A stretch of DNA of 64,000 nt from a virus: positions 47,352 to 111,351 of the IMG/VR virus record IMGVR_UViG_3300029249_000109; one strand, 5' to 3'. Below the pieces are notes generated by a model. It saw nothing but the letters and a program-made list of their open reading frames with translations. It searched no databases and was not told where the DNA came from. Below, one piece after another: positions 1 to 10,533 of this stretch. The translations under genes were made by a program, and so were the position numbers. Numbering within the stretch: the first letter of the stretch is position 1; every line of letters starts with the position of its first letter.

Positions 1-1600
1 GCGATATAATAATTGTAGGACAGGGAAGAGTAACGGTCTTTGCGACATCCGGATTTCTCCTTGACCCTGATTACGTTGTTTACTGTTTCGTAGCCCAAAT
101 TGACAAGCTCATTGACTGCAAGCCCGGTGTTGATATACGGCATTTGTAGAGCAGCTCGTTCGCTGGGCGACATTTTATCGTATCCTTTATACAACTTGCG
201 TAGCTGATCTTCGCAGCTATACTCGCTTTGTAAAAGGTGGATTCGCCCCTGTTGGAAACCACTACGCAAGCCAATGGCTACATCGCTGTTAAATTGAGAA
301 CTGCCCATAATGGCCCAAATAACCTTCCTTGCGGCCTTATCAGAACAACGATCGGCAATTTCTGTATTGTTACAACAACTAATGGCGGGATAGGTTTCAC
401 CAGTTTCAGGATCATAGATATCACGCATGAGCAGGTCAATCAGCGGAATACCAACTGAGCGGGCGTCGATGCCGAGATAGTCACAATTAAAATATTCAAA
501 GTAGCGGCGCAGCTTTAGCGCTTGGTCCTGAACACTCATACCTTCAACGTTCTCTGAGTAAACGAAATTACTCGTATAACGTCCAGATTTGTTTGGTATC
601 ATACAATTTAGAAAGATGCTTGTTGCGTCATTGTCGTTTTTCTTGGAACTCATCAGTGCAATATCAGCGGTCAAAATGCGGATTTCTCCGTTTTTCTTCT
701 TTGGAACATCTGTTGCAATGGGGGAGAGCACGATATTTGGCGCATAGTATGCTTTTTCGATAACGCGAGTTTTATTGATATCATCGAATTGGAATAACCC
801 GCCTTCAATTGATCCAATCCATTCGGTCAACATTTCCATGGAGAACTTCAGATCAGAAAAACTTGATTCGGACATTTCATCTTCGACAGCCTCTTTCAAC
901 AACAAACCTTCTTTAATACTCATTCTGTAATCAAAAGCACAACAATAATATTTTTTACTACGATCAATCATATTTACAAAATAGTCCTTACATTTTTCGT
1001 AGCTCCAGTGATTCTGGAACCATGCAGAACTAAGATAAAACTCTTGATTTCGTTCAGCCATGTGTTTATATTCTGGTTTGTCTAAATATCCGGGATGGCG
1101 AACAATATTTAGGAATTTTTTCAAAACCATATTGATGATATCTTCATCCATCATGCGGTATTCGTCGACCAAAATTAAATTTGCTCTCGCACCACGCGCA
1201 GAGTCGGTAGCCGTCACAACTTTAACGTAACTGCCATTTCTGAATATAATTTCTGCTTTCTGATTATTGATATCGACTTTTTTGATTTCGGATTGTAATA
1301 AAGGACTGTTTGGTACAAGTTCCTTCATTATTTTTTCGTCCAAGATATTGATAGATTGTGTTCGCACTTTACATGCAATAATACACTTCGTGCCCGGCCA
1401 CAATAGGCATTTAATCACAATGAAGACAGCGGTCAGAAAAGATTTGCCCAGACCGCGAGCGGCAATAAAGCAGAATCCTGTGCTTCGAACCATTAAATAC
1501 AACAAAATCTGCTGAAATAATTTCAAATTCAGATTCAAATATTCCTTGGCGAAACGTTGCGGATTTTTTCTATAATATCCACAATACCAAGCAACTGCAT
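1..1600 (-). CDS. terL: Terminase large subunit, C-terminally truncated by the window edge (start ATG at 1600, runs past position 1)
   Basis: Not in the ORF track because it has no in-window stop. Translation starts MNAVAWYCGYYRKNPQRF and contains FCFIAARGLGKSFL (Walker A-like) and ANLILVDEYRMMD (Walker B), as in PBSX/Terminase_6 ATPases. The same frame stays open for at least 533 codons. Confidence 0.8.
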
Positions 1601-1657
1601 TCATTATCTTTTCTGATTTACTATTTGCTACTTCTTTGTCTGTTAATTTTTCTTTTG

Positions 1658-2656
1658 TCAAGGAGAACCACCGCCCTCACTGATACCAAAGATGGTTTCA
1701 CGTAAGCTGGTGTCTGCGGTGTCGTCTTCTATAGCTTCTGGTTTATGTGCGGTATACTTTTCCATTTCCTCATCAAATTCGGCTTGATATGGATTGTTTA
1801 AATGAAACATTTTTAAAAGTGAACCAAGTACCCACACTCTAAAATACTTTCCAATCCCATCGACATCCTGCCATTCAGGCGCGGGTTCTGGAATTGGTCT
1901 CTCTTCCTCCCATTTTTGAATCAATGTTCCGAAAGTGTTAGTCTCAGCCAGTGCGTTATCGTTCGTCTGATTCGGCTTAATCTGAGCTGAACCCATTAGA
2001 TTCTGAAGGTTGTCGTTTGCCTCTTTTATTTTCTTTGTGTCGCCGGTAGCGTCTGCCTTTTCACAGTTAAGTTCGCCTTTTGCAATGCGCTTGAAAAGAA
2101 TTTCCTGTGCGGCTGTTTTACACTCGTGGCGCGTAATAAGATTCTGATAGTGATCCTCAAGGAATAAATAGTCCTGCTCCTCCAAACCTGCACCCCAGAA
2201 CCTAATCATTTTTTGGGTGACTTTTGTGTTGCCAGTACGACCAGCAGCCAGCGCATCTTTCTTCTCCTGATCTAATGTATCGTCATAAGACTTCCCAGCA
2301 TGCTGTCGCATATTAAGGCGTCCCATATATGTGTTAATTTTTGGAGAACCTGGAGTAGAGTGATCTGCGGCCTCAAGAAGCCCATCACAGTAAAACATAT
2401 CAAACAGCATAGCTAGTCGCTTAATTGCTTCGTTCTCGTCTCCGTATTTCTTTACATAGAAGTTGAACATTTCTTCTTTGCATTCATTACACCACGGCAG
2501 ATATCCATCGTTGCCCATAAACCACTGACTTTGCGTCTTCGAGAAATTTCCCTTGCGCACATCATAGATCTTTCCGCAGCACATACATTTGCCACCACTC
2601 CATGAGGCAGGGACCTTAATGCGTGGCGATTTCTTTTCAACGGCAGTTCTGGCCAT
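1658..2656 (-). CDS. Hypothetical Cys-rich protein immediately upstream of terL (positional candidate for the small terminase or a packaging accessory)
   Basis: 332-aa ORF with CMCCGK...CNEC zinc-finger-like cysteines. No recognised domain; the role is inferred from position only. Confidence 0.5.
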   Translation of the reverse strand: MARTAVEKKSPRIKVPASWSGGKCMCCGKIYDVRKGNFSKTQSQWFMGNDGYLPWCNECKEEMFNFYVKKYGDENEAIKRLAMLFDMFYCDGLLEAADHSTPGSPKINTYMGRLNMRQHAGKSYDDTLDQEKKDALAAGRTGNTKVTQKMIRFWGAGLEEQDYLFLEDHYQNLITRHECKTAAQEILFKRIAKGELNCEKADATGDTKKIKEANDNLQNLMGSAQIKPNQTNDNALAETNTFGTLIQKWEEERPIPEPAPEWQDVDGIGKYFRVWVLGSLLKMFHLNNPYQAEFDEEMEKYTAHKPEAIEDDTADTSLRETIFGISEGGGSP

Positions 2657-2897
2657 AGTCCTTCACCACCGTTCCGTCATCTGACATATTGTCGAAGCGA
2701 TACTTGATATCGTCCCACAGCTTTAAGATTTCATTGAGCTTTTTTGTTTTGTGGAACTTTGTATATACAGATCCCGTAGTTGGATGCTCACCAATCTCTT
2801 CATAGAAAATTCCCATTGCACGAATAAAGAATGCACAACGGCGAGAATAGCAGTAGAAGTAATCGCCTCCTAAATCTTTATGAAATTTTTCTTCCAT
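2637..2897 (-). CDS. Hypothetical protein (86 aa)
   Basis: ORF whose end overlaps the start of the downstream gene by 20 nt. Confidence 0.45.
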   Translation of the reverse strand: MEEKFHKDLGGDYFYCYSRRCAFFIRAMGIFYEEIGEHPTTGSVYTKFHKTKKLNEILKLWDDIKYRFDNMSDDGTVVKDYGQNCR

Positions 2898-3060
2898 TTT
2901 TGAATTCTGGAACCTCCTTTACAATTTAATTTCATGGGTACAGGTATGCGAGTCAAACGCATCTAAGATTTCTCTTTTGTCTCAGCTTATGAGGCTGGCC
3001 AGCACACCGGCGCTGTCACCTGCGACATATAGGGCTCGCCTTTTCGGACGAGCCGTTTAT

Positions 3061-3240
3061 TTAACTATTGTTGAATTTATCTGACAATTCTTTTAGGATC
3101 TGATAAATCGTTTTCAATTCGCCATCATCGTTTCTAATATCGATCCCTAGTTCTTTAAGACTGGTTTCAATGTCCTTATCGGGACCAGCATAAACAGACT
3201 CGTGTTTGGAACCTGCCAAAACAGAACAAATATCGTCCAT
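3061..3240 (-). CDS. Small hypothetical protein (59 aa, just under the ORF-track length cut-off)
   Basis: ATG at 3240 preceded by gaggagaattatt. Translates to MDDICSVLAGSKHESVYAGPDKDIETSLKELGIDIRNDDGELKTIYQILKELSDKFNNS. Confidence 0.45.
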   Translation of the reverse strand: MDDICSVLAGSKHESVYAGPDKDIETSLKELGIDIRNDDGELKTIYQILKELSDKFNNS

Positions 3241-3302
3241 AATAATTCTCCTCTACAATATAAAAACGCCCTGAGCAGTTAAGCCCAGAGCGTCTAAATC
3301 TG

Positions 3303-4514
3303 TTAAATTACTATCTTTGCTGGTTTTTCAAGCTTCACATCATACAGACAGGTCAAACCATCATCAGCAATAACAGCTACGGCTTGCTGTGGGATATCAT
3401 TCTTACGAATACCAACAGCATAACTATCAGTGCCGCATACGCAGCCGCTTTCAATAACCTTTGTCCCGTGCACAGTTGTCATTCCGTTTGTGTGGCGACG
3501 TCCGAGGAAGACTAAATCAATCGGCTGTTTCACCATCATGGTCAAGTGTTCGACAACGTTGGCAGGGGAGTCTTTATCTCCATGTGCATACATCACCAGA
3601 CTATTACGAGCTTTAAATCCGCCAAACGTAGGATCGAGTTTCTCTGTTTTTACTTCAATGCCAGCCAGATTCTGTAGCCGTGCCTTCATATAGAATGGGA
3701 TCAGCGCTTCGAGTTCGTCTCCGGCAACTTGTTCGTCCTTGTTGGGAAAAACCCGTGAATGATTACCACTGACTGAATACACATCAATATGTTGGCATAC
3801 TTCGTACAGTTCTGCTACAAAGTTGCTCACCAACTCTGCGGCCGTCATAACCTGTTCGATACTATTTTCATTGTTCTGAACACGAGTGTTAATATGAATA
3901 TGACCATTGATTAGATCACCAAGCAACAGCACGTGAATCTTTTCAGCGGCGTGCCGTTCGACGATATTAAACACCTGAGCGACATAACTTTCTAGCCGCG
4001 CCTTTAAGATCTCTTTGTCAAACTTGTTCCATGCAGAATCAATACCGGCACCAGTATGTAAATCCGACAAGCACACAATCACATCATGTCCGCTGCCTTC
4101 ATACTGAACAACATTCAAGAAGTCGTTCTTATCGTAGGGTGCAACAGCACTTGTAATCAGTTCCTTGATAGATTCAGCACGCGCAATGTTACGATAAACC
4201 TTATTCGTTGCCGCTCGTTCGTCACGCATCTTGATTTGTTCGATCTTCAAGCGCTGCAGCTTGTCTGCCACAGTGTCTCTACACATATGTTCAAGTGCAT
4301 AATCGTAGCCGGCCTTCCATGACTTATATTTCTTTCGATAGGCGCACTCCCCAAAATTGGAGTTTGTAGCTTCATTCAAAACAACGGCAGCTTGATCCCA
4401 CGTCAACTTCCGCTCGGAGCACGCATTGCCAATGCGAATCATATACTCGTCAAAAGATTCATCGTCCGCCTTTTTAAATTCATTCTTTTTAATTTCGTCC
4501 ATTCGGCACCTCAA
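3303..4514 (-). CDS. Calcineurin-like metallophosphoesterase (SbcD/Mre11-type or Ser/Thr phosphatase-like)
   Basis: Motifs DVIVCLSDLHTG, LLLGDLINGH, GNHS and AHGD match the metallophosphoesterase signature D-x-H...GD...GNH(D/E). It has an N-terminal extension of about 150 aa. Confidence 0.75.
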   Translation of the reverse strand: MRCRMDEIKKNEFKKADDESFDEYMIRIGNACSERKLTWDQAAVVLNEATNSNFGECAYRKKYKSWKAGYDYALEHMCRDTVADKLQRLKIEQIKMRDERAATNKVYRNIARAESIKELITSAVAPYDKNDFLNVVQYEGSGHDVIVCLSDLHTGAGIDSAWNKFDKEILKARLESYVAQVFNIVERHAAEKIHVLLLGDLINGHIHINTRVQNNENSIEQVMTAAELVSNFVAELYEVCQHIDVYSVSGNHSRVFPNKDEQVAGDELEALIPFYMKARLQNLAGIEVKTEKLDPTFGGFKARNSLVMYAHGDKDSPANVVEHLTMMVKQPIDLVFLGRRHTNGMTTVHGTKVIESGCVCGTDSYAVGIRKNDIPQQAVAVIADDGLTCLYDVKLEKPAKIVI

Positions 4515-4729
4515 ATATCAAAATTCGAATTAGTCCGACTTGTGCGGTTTAGTTCCCGTAATGCTTCTTCGGCTTCAACATTGCCTGGTAGCTGAGTAAG
4601 AACAGACTTGATCTCTTCAACATACCAATGATGAACAGTACGTGTAATATGAACATTTGGGATTACTTTGCGAAGATATTCTGCCTCGCGCTTATTGATT
4701 TCTACCATAAATAATAATCTCCTTTGCAA
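4511..4729 (-). CDS. Hypothetical protein (72 aa)
   Basis: ORF with a 4-nt overlap with the upstream gene. Confidence 0.45.
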   Translation of the reverse strand: MQRRLLFMVEINKREAEYLRKVIPNVHITRTVHHWYVEEIKSVLTQLPGNVEAEEALRELNRTSRTNSNFDI

Positions 4730-4776
4730 TTTAAATTAAAGAGAGCAATTCTCTTTCATATATTAAGAAAATAAAG

Positions 4777-5589
4777 TCAATTTCGGTCAATGACTCTATT
4801 GGCGTTCTTTTTTGCAATACGTAGCTTTTCTTTTTTTGCCCCGCACTCTTTGCAATATAGACTTGCGTTCGGTCTTTTTGCGATATATTTTTCACCACAC
4901 ACTGTACAGTAGCATTCTTTTGGATCGAACAGTTCTTGTGCCACTTTACTGAGATTCAGTCGATTGTTTTCAAGCGTCACATTGAAGGTGAACGCGATTA
5001 TGTCATCTTTATCAAGTGCAAAATTCGGATATGTATATAAGCAGCCAATATCATCCGTTCCAGTGCGATTGAGAAGATGATACACGTCAGATAATTCGTA
5101 CATTCCGCGAACTGTGTTGTATCCGTCGTCCCAGTTGGGTCCACCGTGATACATGATTTCCGTCTGTTCGTCAAAACATTTTCCAAACCGCTTCATCTTA
5201 AAATCAGTGTCTAATGCCACCGTGTCGCTGCCATATAATCGGCAGAAGAAGATAATTCCAAGCAAGACTCTAAGCTGTGCCCAGTTGATATGATAGCGGC
5301 GGCGAGCGTCGGTGATATAATCTAAATCTTTCTGATATAAAACAACTTGATGTACGTCAAGTAGTGGCGCATTATTTTTGTGCCCTCTGCTGAATGCTTG
5401 AATCAGATGGCTACGATCATAACTGACAGATTCGGGGTTTCGCATACGTTCATAATAGATAGTCGCACACTCAATAGGGGAGAGGCTTGTCCTCTTCAAT
5501 AGATTTCGCAACATCAGGTTTGACTCGTGATAGTATTTCCAATTGTCAAGAAGCATATTTTCGTTGCAATAAAATGTCGTATAAGCCAT
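4777..5589 (-). CDS. Hypothetical protein with a C-terminal CxxC...CxxC zinc ribbon
   Basis: 270-aa ORF whose C-terminus reads CTVCGEKYIAKRPNASLYCKECG. Confidence 0.55.
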   Translation of the reverse strand: MAYTTFYCNENMLLDNWKYYHESNLMLRNLLKRTSLSPIECATIYYERMRNPESVSYDRSHLIQAFSRGHKNNAPLLDVHQVVLYQKDLDYITDARRRYHINWAQLRVLLGIIFFCRLYGSDTVALDTDFKMKRFGKCFDEQTEIMYHGGPNWDDGYNTVRGMYELSDVYHLLNRTGTDDIGCLYTYPNFALDKDDIIAFTFNVTLENNRLNLSKVAQELFDPKECYCTVCGEKYIAKRPNASLYCKECGAKKEKLRIAKKNANRVIDRN

Positions 5590-5728
5590 TTAACCTCCTA
5601 TTACAAAACATCCATAGATAAATTTTCTGGTACCAATATAGTAGAGAACCGAAATATGCATCAATAAAAGAATAAGGGTTTGATTTCCAATAAAGGATCT
5701 GCTCAGCTATATTCATTGTAATACCTAC

Positions 5729-6013
5729 TTATTCAATTGGCGTAATTTCGCCATCAACATAACGACAAAGTTGTCCATGTTCGTTATAGTATGGAGCCAT
5801 ATATCCACTATATAGCCAATAGTATACAACTCTTGTGTTCTCATCATAAGCAAGTTCCGTATTGGAAATACTGTACAAAGAGCTTCCATTATAAACAGAT
5901 TTATCGCCTACATTGTTTTTGCGAGGAATAGATGCCCAAATCCCAATACCTAAGCATAAACATAGTGTAGCTATCAAAGCGATAATCGTTGCCTTAAAAC
6001 ACCGATAACTCAT
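5729..6013 (-). CDS. Small membrane or secreted protein
   Basis: 94 aa with an N-terminal hydrophobic segment (IIALIATLCLCLGIGIWASI). Confidence 0.5.
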   Translation of the reverse strand: MSYRCFKATIIALIATLCLCLGIGIWASIPRKNNVGDKSVYNGSSLYSISNTELAYDENTRVVYYWLYSGYMAPYYNEHGQLCRYVDGEITPIE

Positions 6014-6270
6014 TCTGTTTTATCCTCCCAGCCCACAGATTCATGAGCGAATTTTTGAATACGTTGAGCTTCGTCCCAGCTAAACATCATCTCGCCGCAA
6101 TTCGCACATTTCATGGCGGTTACATTTATCGCTTCGAGTTCCTGCCCACGGCAGTGGAATTTATATGTCAGTCCATTTGTCAGGGTCATTGTTCCTCCAC
6201 ACTTGGGGCATTCCATCTGCTGCGGAACCTCATCCTGCTTAGATTTCTTTTTCTTGAATAGATTAAACAT
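6010..6270 (-). CDS. Zinc-ribbon protein (YgiT/MqsA-like CxxC...CxxC)
   Basis: Start moved to the internal Met (MFNLFKKKK), which follows ggaggttcttc. Contains CPKCGG...CANCGE. Confidence 0.5.
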   Translation of the reverse strand: MFNLFKKKKSKQDEVPQQMECPKCGGTMTLTNGLTYKFHCRGQELEAINVTAMKCANCGEMMFSWDEAQRIQKFAHESVGWEDKTE

Positions 6271-6478
6271 GAAGAACCTCCATTCTGTGCAACGTCTCTT
6301 TTTCACATTCCTTGCAAAATACAAACCTCATATCATTTTGGATGTTTTTCAATTCATCCCATTTATATTGTGCAATGCTATGATACCATCCGCATTTTTG
6401 ACAACGAATCCCAACTTCTGTAATATCGTTTCCTTTCATATCGAAAAGTCTTAGTTCTAATAGCTTGAATTTCATCAT
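6263..6478 (-). CDS. Zinc-ribbon protein
   Basis: 71 aa containing CQKCGW...CKECEKE. Confidence 0.5.
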   Translation of the reverse strand: MMKFKLLELRLFDMKGNDITEVGIRCQKCGWYHSIAQYKWDELKNIQNDMRFVFCKECEKETLHRMEVLHV

Positions 6479-9042
6479 TTCACTCTTGCCTCGTAAATTC
6501 TCGGTTCAGCCAAACTATATCGTTGACCAAGGTATTCATACTTGCCATTCGGATCGTGAACTGGCAACTGTACGGGAACTGGTTTGATATTTTCAACTAC
6601 GCCAGCGCCAGCCATGTGCCACAAGAATTTTTTGAACTTGTTGGGGTATTTTTCATAGCACAGCACGACTAGAATATTAGCCAACTCACGAACGTCGGGG
6701 CAGATCAGCTTGCACTTGTTACGATACACGTTATAGATTGCTTGCCAGTTGGTTTCATAGGTCTTTGCTTCTTCTTTCGTCATGATGCCTTCAAGCTCTT
6801 TACGATAAAGTTTCCAGTTTTTGGCTTTCTTTTCTAGTTCTAACTGATTCTTGCGATATTTATTAAAGTCCAGAAAGACGGCTTCGATCTCATCAAATAC
6901 ATCTTGATCATAACCGATTTCCGAATCGTACATTATGTGCCAATCAAAACTGCCAGCGGGCTCTTTATGCCAACGGACTCCACGCTCCCAACGCTCAAGA
7001 TCCATACAAAGAAGATTCATATTACTATGTGCATTACTAAGATTATGTTGCCGTGCATAATAGGGTCCAGCATATTTCATAAATCTAGGCAATGGACGGC
7101 CATATGATGCTATATTTCTAGGAACTGAAAATTTCACTCCTGTTTTAGAAAAATCAATTTCTTTACCCATACAGATACTCAAAATATCTATATAGTTTTC
7201 GTACTCTTTTTTTGTTTTTTCTGTTGTTGCAACCTTATTGTGAAACGCACATCCGTAATTAGCATACTCGCCAATTTGGCTTTTTAATCCACGTAAAACA
7301 CAATCAAGCCGATTTTGTAAATTATCTAATTGAGCAAGCGCAGTGATTTTATCTTGAGTATCGCAGACAATTCTTGCGTTTCTGTCAATACCTTTTAGCA
7401 TAATATCAGAATCAATTACCAGCACGAGATCCCCATCGAAATCCGCGCCATTTAATCTCTGTGGGGTAATTGACTTTACGTTTATCATTGCTACATTTTC
7501 AAGATGACTACAATACTTTTGAGTGAGTTCGTTATTAACACCTTTTAGGACTGCATGTTCTGCAGACGCCAAATGAGGGTTTCGATCCACTACACGCCAT
7601 CCAGATGCCGCACCTCTTCTGTCAAAAGTATAAAATTCATCAGATTCAAGACATCCAACAATCGGAAGACCAGCAGCTCCTTCCATGAATGCAATTAAAT
7701 CAGGTGCTAAAAACTTATATGTAGCATCAAGAAATAATTTTCCACATTTAAAATCATTTCTATATTTATCAAGAAGCGAATGAATATATGCTTTTACACT
7801 TGATTCATGTATCATTTCAGGATTTCGTGCAAGAGCCGCAGCATAGTGAGTTAATGGATTTACGTCGTCCGCCGTTAATCCTAAAAAACAATTTGTATGA
7901 AAAATTCCATCTTCAGTGTTAGAAGTGATTTTCTGATACCAATCAACGCTTTTATCTGCTAGGTGCTTAAACCCGTCATAAGGCAAATCCAACGTCACCA
8001 GTATCTGGTAATTGCTCCTTGTTTCAAGCGGTTCATTTTCAAATTGGTAGTTCCATTTTGCAACACCCATTGCATGGTTATATTTTAAAAGTAGTTGCTT
8101 ATATCTTTCCCAATCGGCAATAGTACCATCCCGTTTAAAATACTTGACGCCTTTAAACATGCTTTCTCCAGCAATAAACATTGGTTCGGCATCACGAGCT
8201 ACAGAATGCTTTACGCCCCAAATATCAGTGATTTCAGTAACGCCACGCTCTTCATAGAACGAAACGTAGTCCATTTCATTGAAAACACCCTTGAAATAAG
8301 GCATACGGAAAATCATGCTGCTGATATGTTCAGAAGTATTTAGCTTTTTTTCAATCTGCCGCATTAAAGAGGGATGAGCTATACCACAACCATCGAAGGC
8401 ATTGATTTCATAATTTATGGTATCTTCTTTAATATCTTTCTGTACCCATTCACGTTTTTTACCAGTCTTTTTGTCAACAAACTCCATTTTTTTATCACAG
8501 AGGCATTTGATTTTTTGATCTGGAATAGTGAGCATGTGATCTGGCACTACAATGATTTTTGGAAACCATTCATTAAGGGGAATACAATGACAACTTGACA
8601 TCATCAGCCCACGATAAGCCATCCATTTAGAAAGTACGACAGGTTTTTCAGAAAATGATACTTCCATACTGATTCGTCTATCAAGTTCAGGCCAAATATG
8701 AGATTCAACCATCGAGAAGATACATTGGCGAACCATGCTTGCGCTTCGTTCTCCAAAGTTAAATTTCCGCTTTCCAATTTTAGCTCCGTGTTGCATAAGA
8801 TGTTTAACCACATCGGGTTTATTTTGAGCACCTGTAGCGTCTATATAGATCAAAAACGGATTATAGTCAGAATCATCATGCGACACCAACCTAATCTGGC
8901 GAAGTAACATTGTATCAGATTGAAGTACTTGATATTGAATATCGTTTGCAACCTCTTCAGGAATATTAAAATTATATTTTATAAATAAACTCAAAGGGTA
9001 TTTACGTACTGTGTAATGCTTAGGAGAAAACATCTGTATCAA
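6475..9042 (-). CDS. Large protein carrying the catalytic Mg-binding motif of multisubunit RNA polymerases (NGADFDGDLVLV); candidate single-chain YonO-like double-psi beta-barrel RNA polymerase
   Basis: 855 aa. The motif NGADFDGD closely matches the universally conserved NADFDGD of the RNAP beta-prime subunit. The size is similar to YonO of SPbeta (about 840 aa). No other polymerase family motifs (DTD, DYSQIELR, T7-like) were seen. Confidence 0.4.
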   Translation of the reverse strand: MIQMFSPKHYTVRKYPLSLFIKYNFNIPEEVANDIQYQVLQSDTMLLRQIRLVSHDDSDYNPFLIYIDATGAQNKPDVVKHLMQHGAKIGKRKFNFGERSASMVRQCIFSMVESHIWPELDRRISMEVSFSEKPVVLSKWMAYRGLMMSSCHCIPLNEWFPKIIVVPDHMLTIPDQKIKCLCDKKMEFVDKKTGKKREWVQKDIKEDTINYEINAFDGCGIAHPSLMRQIEKKLNTSEHISSMIFRMPYFKGVFNEMDYVSFYEERGVTEITDIWGVKHSVARDAEPMFIAGESMFKGVKYFKRDGTIADWERYKQLLLKYNHAMGVAKWNYQFENEPLETRSNYQILVTLDLPYDGFKHLADKSVDWYQKITSNTEDGIFHTNCFLGLTADDVNPLTHYAAALARNPEMIHESSVKAYIHSLLDKYRNDFKCGKLFLDATYKFLAPDLIAFMEGAAGLPIVGCLESDEFYTFDRRGAASGWRVVDRNPHLASAEHAVLKGVNNELTQKYCSHLENVAMINVKSITPQRLNGADFDGDLVLVIDSDIMLKGIDRNARIVCDTQDKITALAQLDNLQNRLDCVLRGLKSQIGEYANYGCAFHNKVATTEKTKKEYENYIDILSICMGKEIDFSKTGVKFSVPRNIASYGRPLPRFMKYAGPYYARQHNLSNAHSNMNLLCMDLERWERGVRWHKEPAGSFDWHIMYDSEIGYDQDVFDEIEAVFLDFNKYRKNQLELEKKAKNWKLYRKELEGIMTKEEAKTYETNWQAIYNVYRNKCKLICPDVRELANILVVLCYEKYPNKFKKFLWHMAGAGVVENIKPVPVQLPVHDPNGKYEYLGQRYSLAEPRIYEARVK

Positions 9043-9049
9043 TTCTCCT

Positions 9050-9406
9050 TTACTTTAATTTATTGTGAAAGTGGTCATCACTATCGGAATCACCATCATC
9101 ATCATCCCACTCGCTATCGCACACAACGTAGTAACAATCAATTGCACTGCTGATATAAAACACAAGAAGAGGAGTAATGACCAGCGCCACGAATAACACT
9201 TTACCTACAATTTGATAGGTCAAGTAGAAGATCACCAGCGTCTCAGCAGCGTGCAGTATCCAATCAAACCAGTCTTTGCTATTGATAAAAGCCGATACCG
9301 CAATAGTCAAAGGAATATTTGTACTCATCATGCCATGCTGGCCGTCTTCGTCTTGTTGGCTGCCTGGCTTCTTAGGATCTTTATCCACTGTTGCATTCCT
9401 CCTCAC
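9050..9406 (-). CDS. Membrane protein with an acidic C-terminal tail
   Basis: Two predicted TM helices, then DSEWDDDDGDSDSDD. Confidence 0.5.
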   Translation of the reverse strand: MRRNATVDKDPKKPGSQQDEDGQHGMMSTNIPLTIAVSAFINSKDWFDWILHAAETLVIFYLTYQIVGKVLFVALVITPLLVFYISSAIDCYYVVCDSEWDDDDGDSDSDDHFHNKLK

Positions 9407-9579
9407 TCTTCATCATCCCACTCGCGGCGCTGCTTGTGGGATTTTTTATTATATTTAGACGCCGGAGCCTCCTGCGCTTTTTCGATCTCCTGCATAAACT
9501 GGTTTTCAATCATGCGCTGTTTGCGGGCTGCTCTCATATATGTACTCTTAGAATTCTTATCTCGTTTGCGGTCACTCAT
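9403..9579 (-). CDS. Small basic protein
   Basis: Start set at MSDRKRDK, which follows gaggagg. Lys/Arg-rich sequence. Confidence 0.4.
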   Translation of the reverse strand: MSDRKRDKNSKSTYMRAARKQRMIENQFMQEIEKAQEAPASKYNKKSHKQRREWDDEE

Positions 9580-9877
9580 TGCCGTAATCCTCCTCACTGT
9601 CATTATCGTATTCTTCCAACCCATATAACTTATGATATAAATATCGGGTCAAAGAAGGGGACATAGGTGTACAGTCTTCCATCCAGAGCGTGTCATACAG
9701 TGAAGCGTCACCAATAACTTCCTGCCAGTCCGCGTATACTTGAATTGCGTCAATGATATCTTCTACCGTGACGCTATAATCGCGCACCGCATCAACTACG
9801 GCGAATCCAATATTAAAAATATCCTGTTTTGAAAATTCTTCTTTCATAATAGTCCTCCTTATAGAAGCGATTTGCAC
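9572..9877 (-). CDS. Hypothetical acidic protein (101 aa)
   Basis: ORF only. Confidence 0.45.
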   Translation of the reverse strand: MQIASIRRTIMKEEFSKQDIFNIGFAVVDAVRDYSVTVEDIIDAIQVYADWQEVIGDASLYDTLWMEDCTPMSPSLTRYLYHKLYGLEEYDNDSEEDYGNE

Positions 9878-10083
9878 CGAAGTGGCTTCTTCATTTTCTC
9901 AATCTGTTCTATTGCTTCTGCAACCTGTTCCTGCAGTATGTTTATTTGATTTTGAATATCTGAGATATTGTCTTTTGTAGCAACATAATCGTTTAATCGC
10001 ATTATTGGATCTGGTACACTAATTCTTGAAATATCTTCTTCTAATGCGGTTGCGTAATATCCATCATTTATATTGATGTCCAT
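9859..10083 (-). CDS. Hypothetical protein ending in -RCKSLL (member of the C-terminal tag set)
   Basis: 74 aa; C-terminus ...KKPLRCKSLL followed by the stop codon. Confidence 0.55.
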   Translation of the reverse strand: MDININDGYYATALEEDISRISVPDPIMRLNDYVATKDNISDIQNQINILQEQVAEAIEQIEKMKKPLRCKSLL

Positions 10084-10095
10084 TTGGTATCTCCT

Positions 10096-10338
10096 TTACA
10101 GTAAACTGTGACATACGAATGATTTCTTTTTCTTTATTTTAATACTTGCTTCAGGACATCGCTCACGAAAAAAATCATATATTGCTTTATCTGAAATGTA
10201 ATCAAGCCCAACGAACTGTCCATCCGAAATTAACAATTCGTCATCATAAGACCTGGTACTGTTTCCGCGAGCGACCGCATCTATCAGAACTCTTGCTTCT
10301 TCTTCTGTCCATTCAATAATCATAAAAGGCTCCTGCAA
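10096..10338 (-). CDS. Hypothetical protein ending in -VCHSLL (tag set)
   Basis: 80 aa; C-terminus KKKKSFVCHSLL. Confidence 0.55.
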   Translation of the reverse strand: MQEPFMIIEWTEEEARVLIDAVARGNSTRSYDDELLISDGQFVGLDYISDKAIYDFFRERCPEASIKIKKKKSFVCHSLL

Positions 10339-10404
10339 ATAAACGGTTTCGGATTTCTAGTCAAATGCACAATTTGATCGTATATTTCTTTATCGGTTCT
10401 CCCC

Positions 10405-10533
10405 TCAAAATCCATAGTATTCAAGGTTTGGTTTAATTTTGTTTTCATCTATATCAAGTGCAAATGGATAAAGATTTTTATATTCTCTGACGAAACCTTT
10501 AATCATACTGAGTTCATCAATCTCGTCTCTCAT
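10405..10533 (-). CDS. Small protein (42 aa) with ATGA start/stop coupling to the upstream gene
   Basis: ATG at 10533 overlaps the TGA of the 10530..10937 gene and follows ggagtctatt. Translates to MRDEIDELSMIKGFVREYKNLYPFALDIDENKIKPNLEYYGF. Confidence 0.35.
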   Translation of the reverse strand: MRDEIDELSMIKGFVREYKNLYPFALDIDENKIKPNLEYYGF

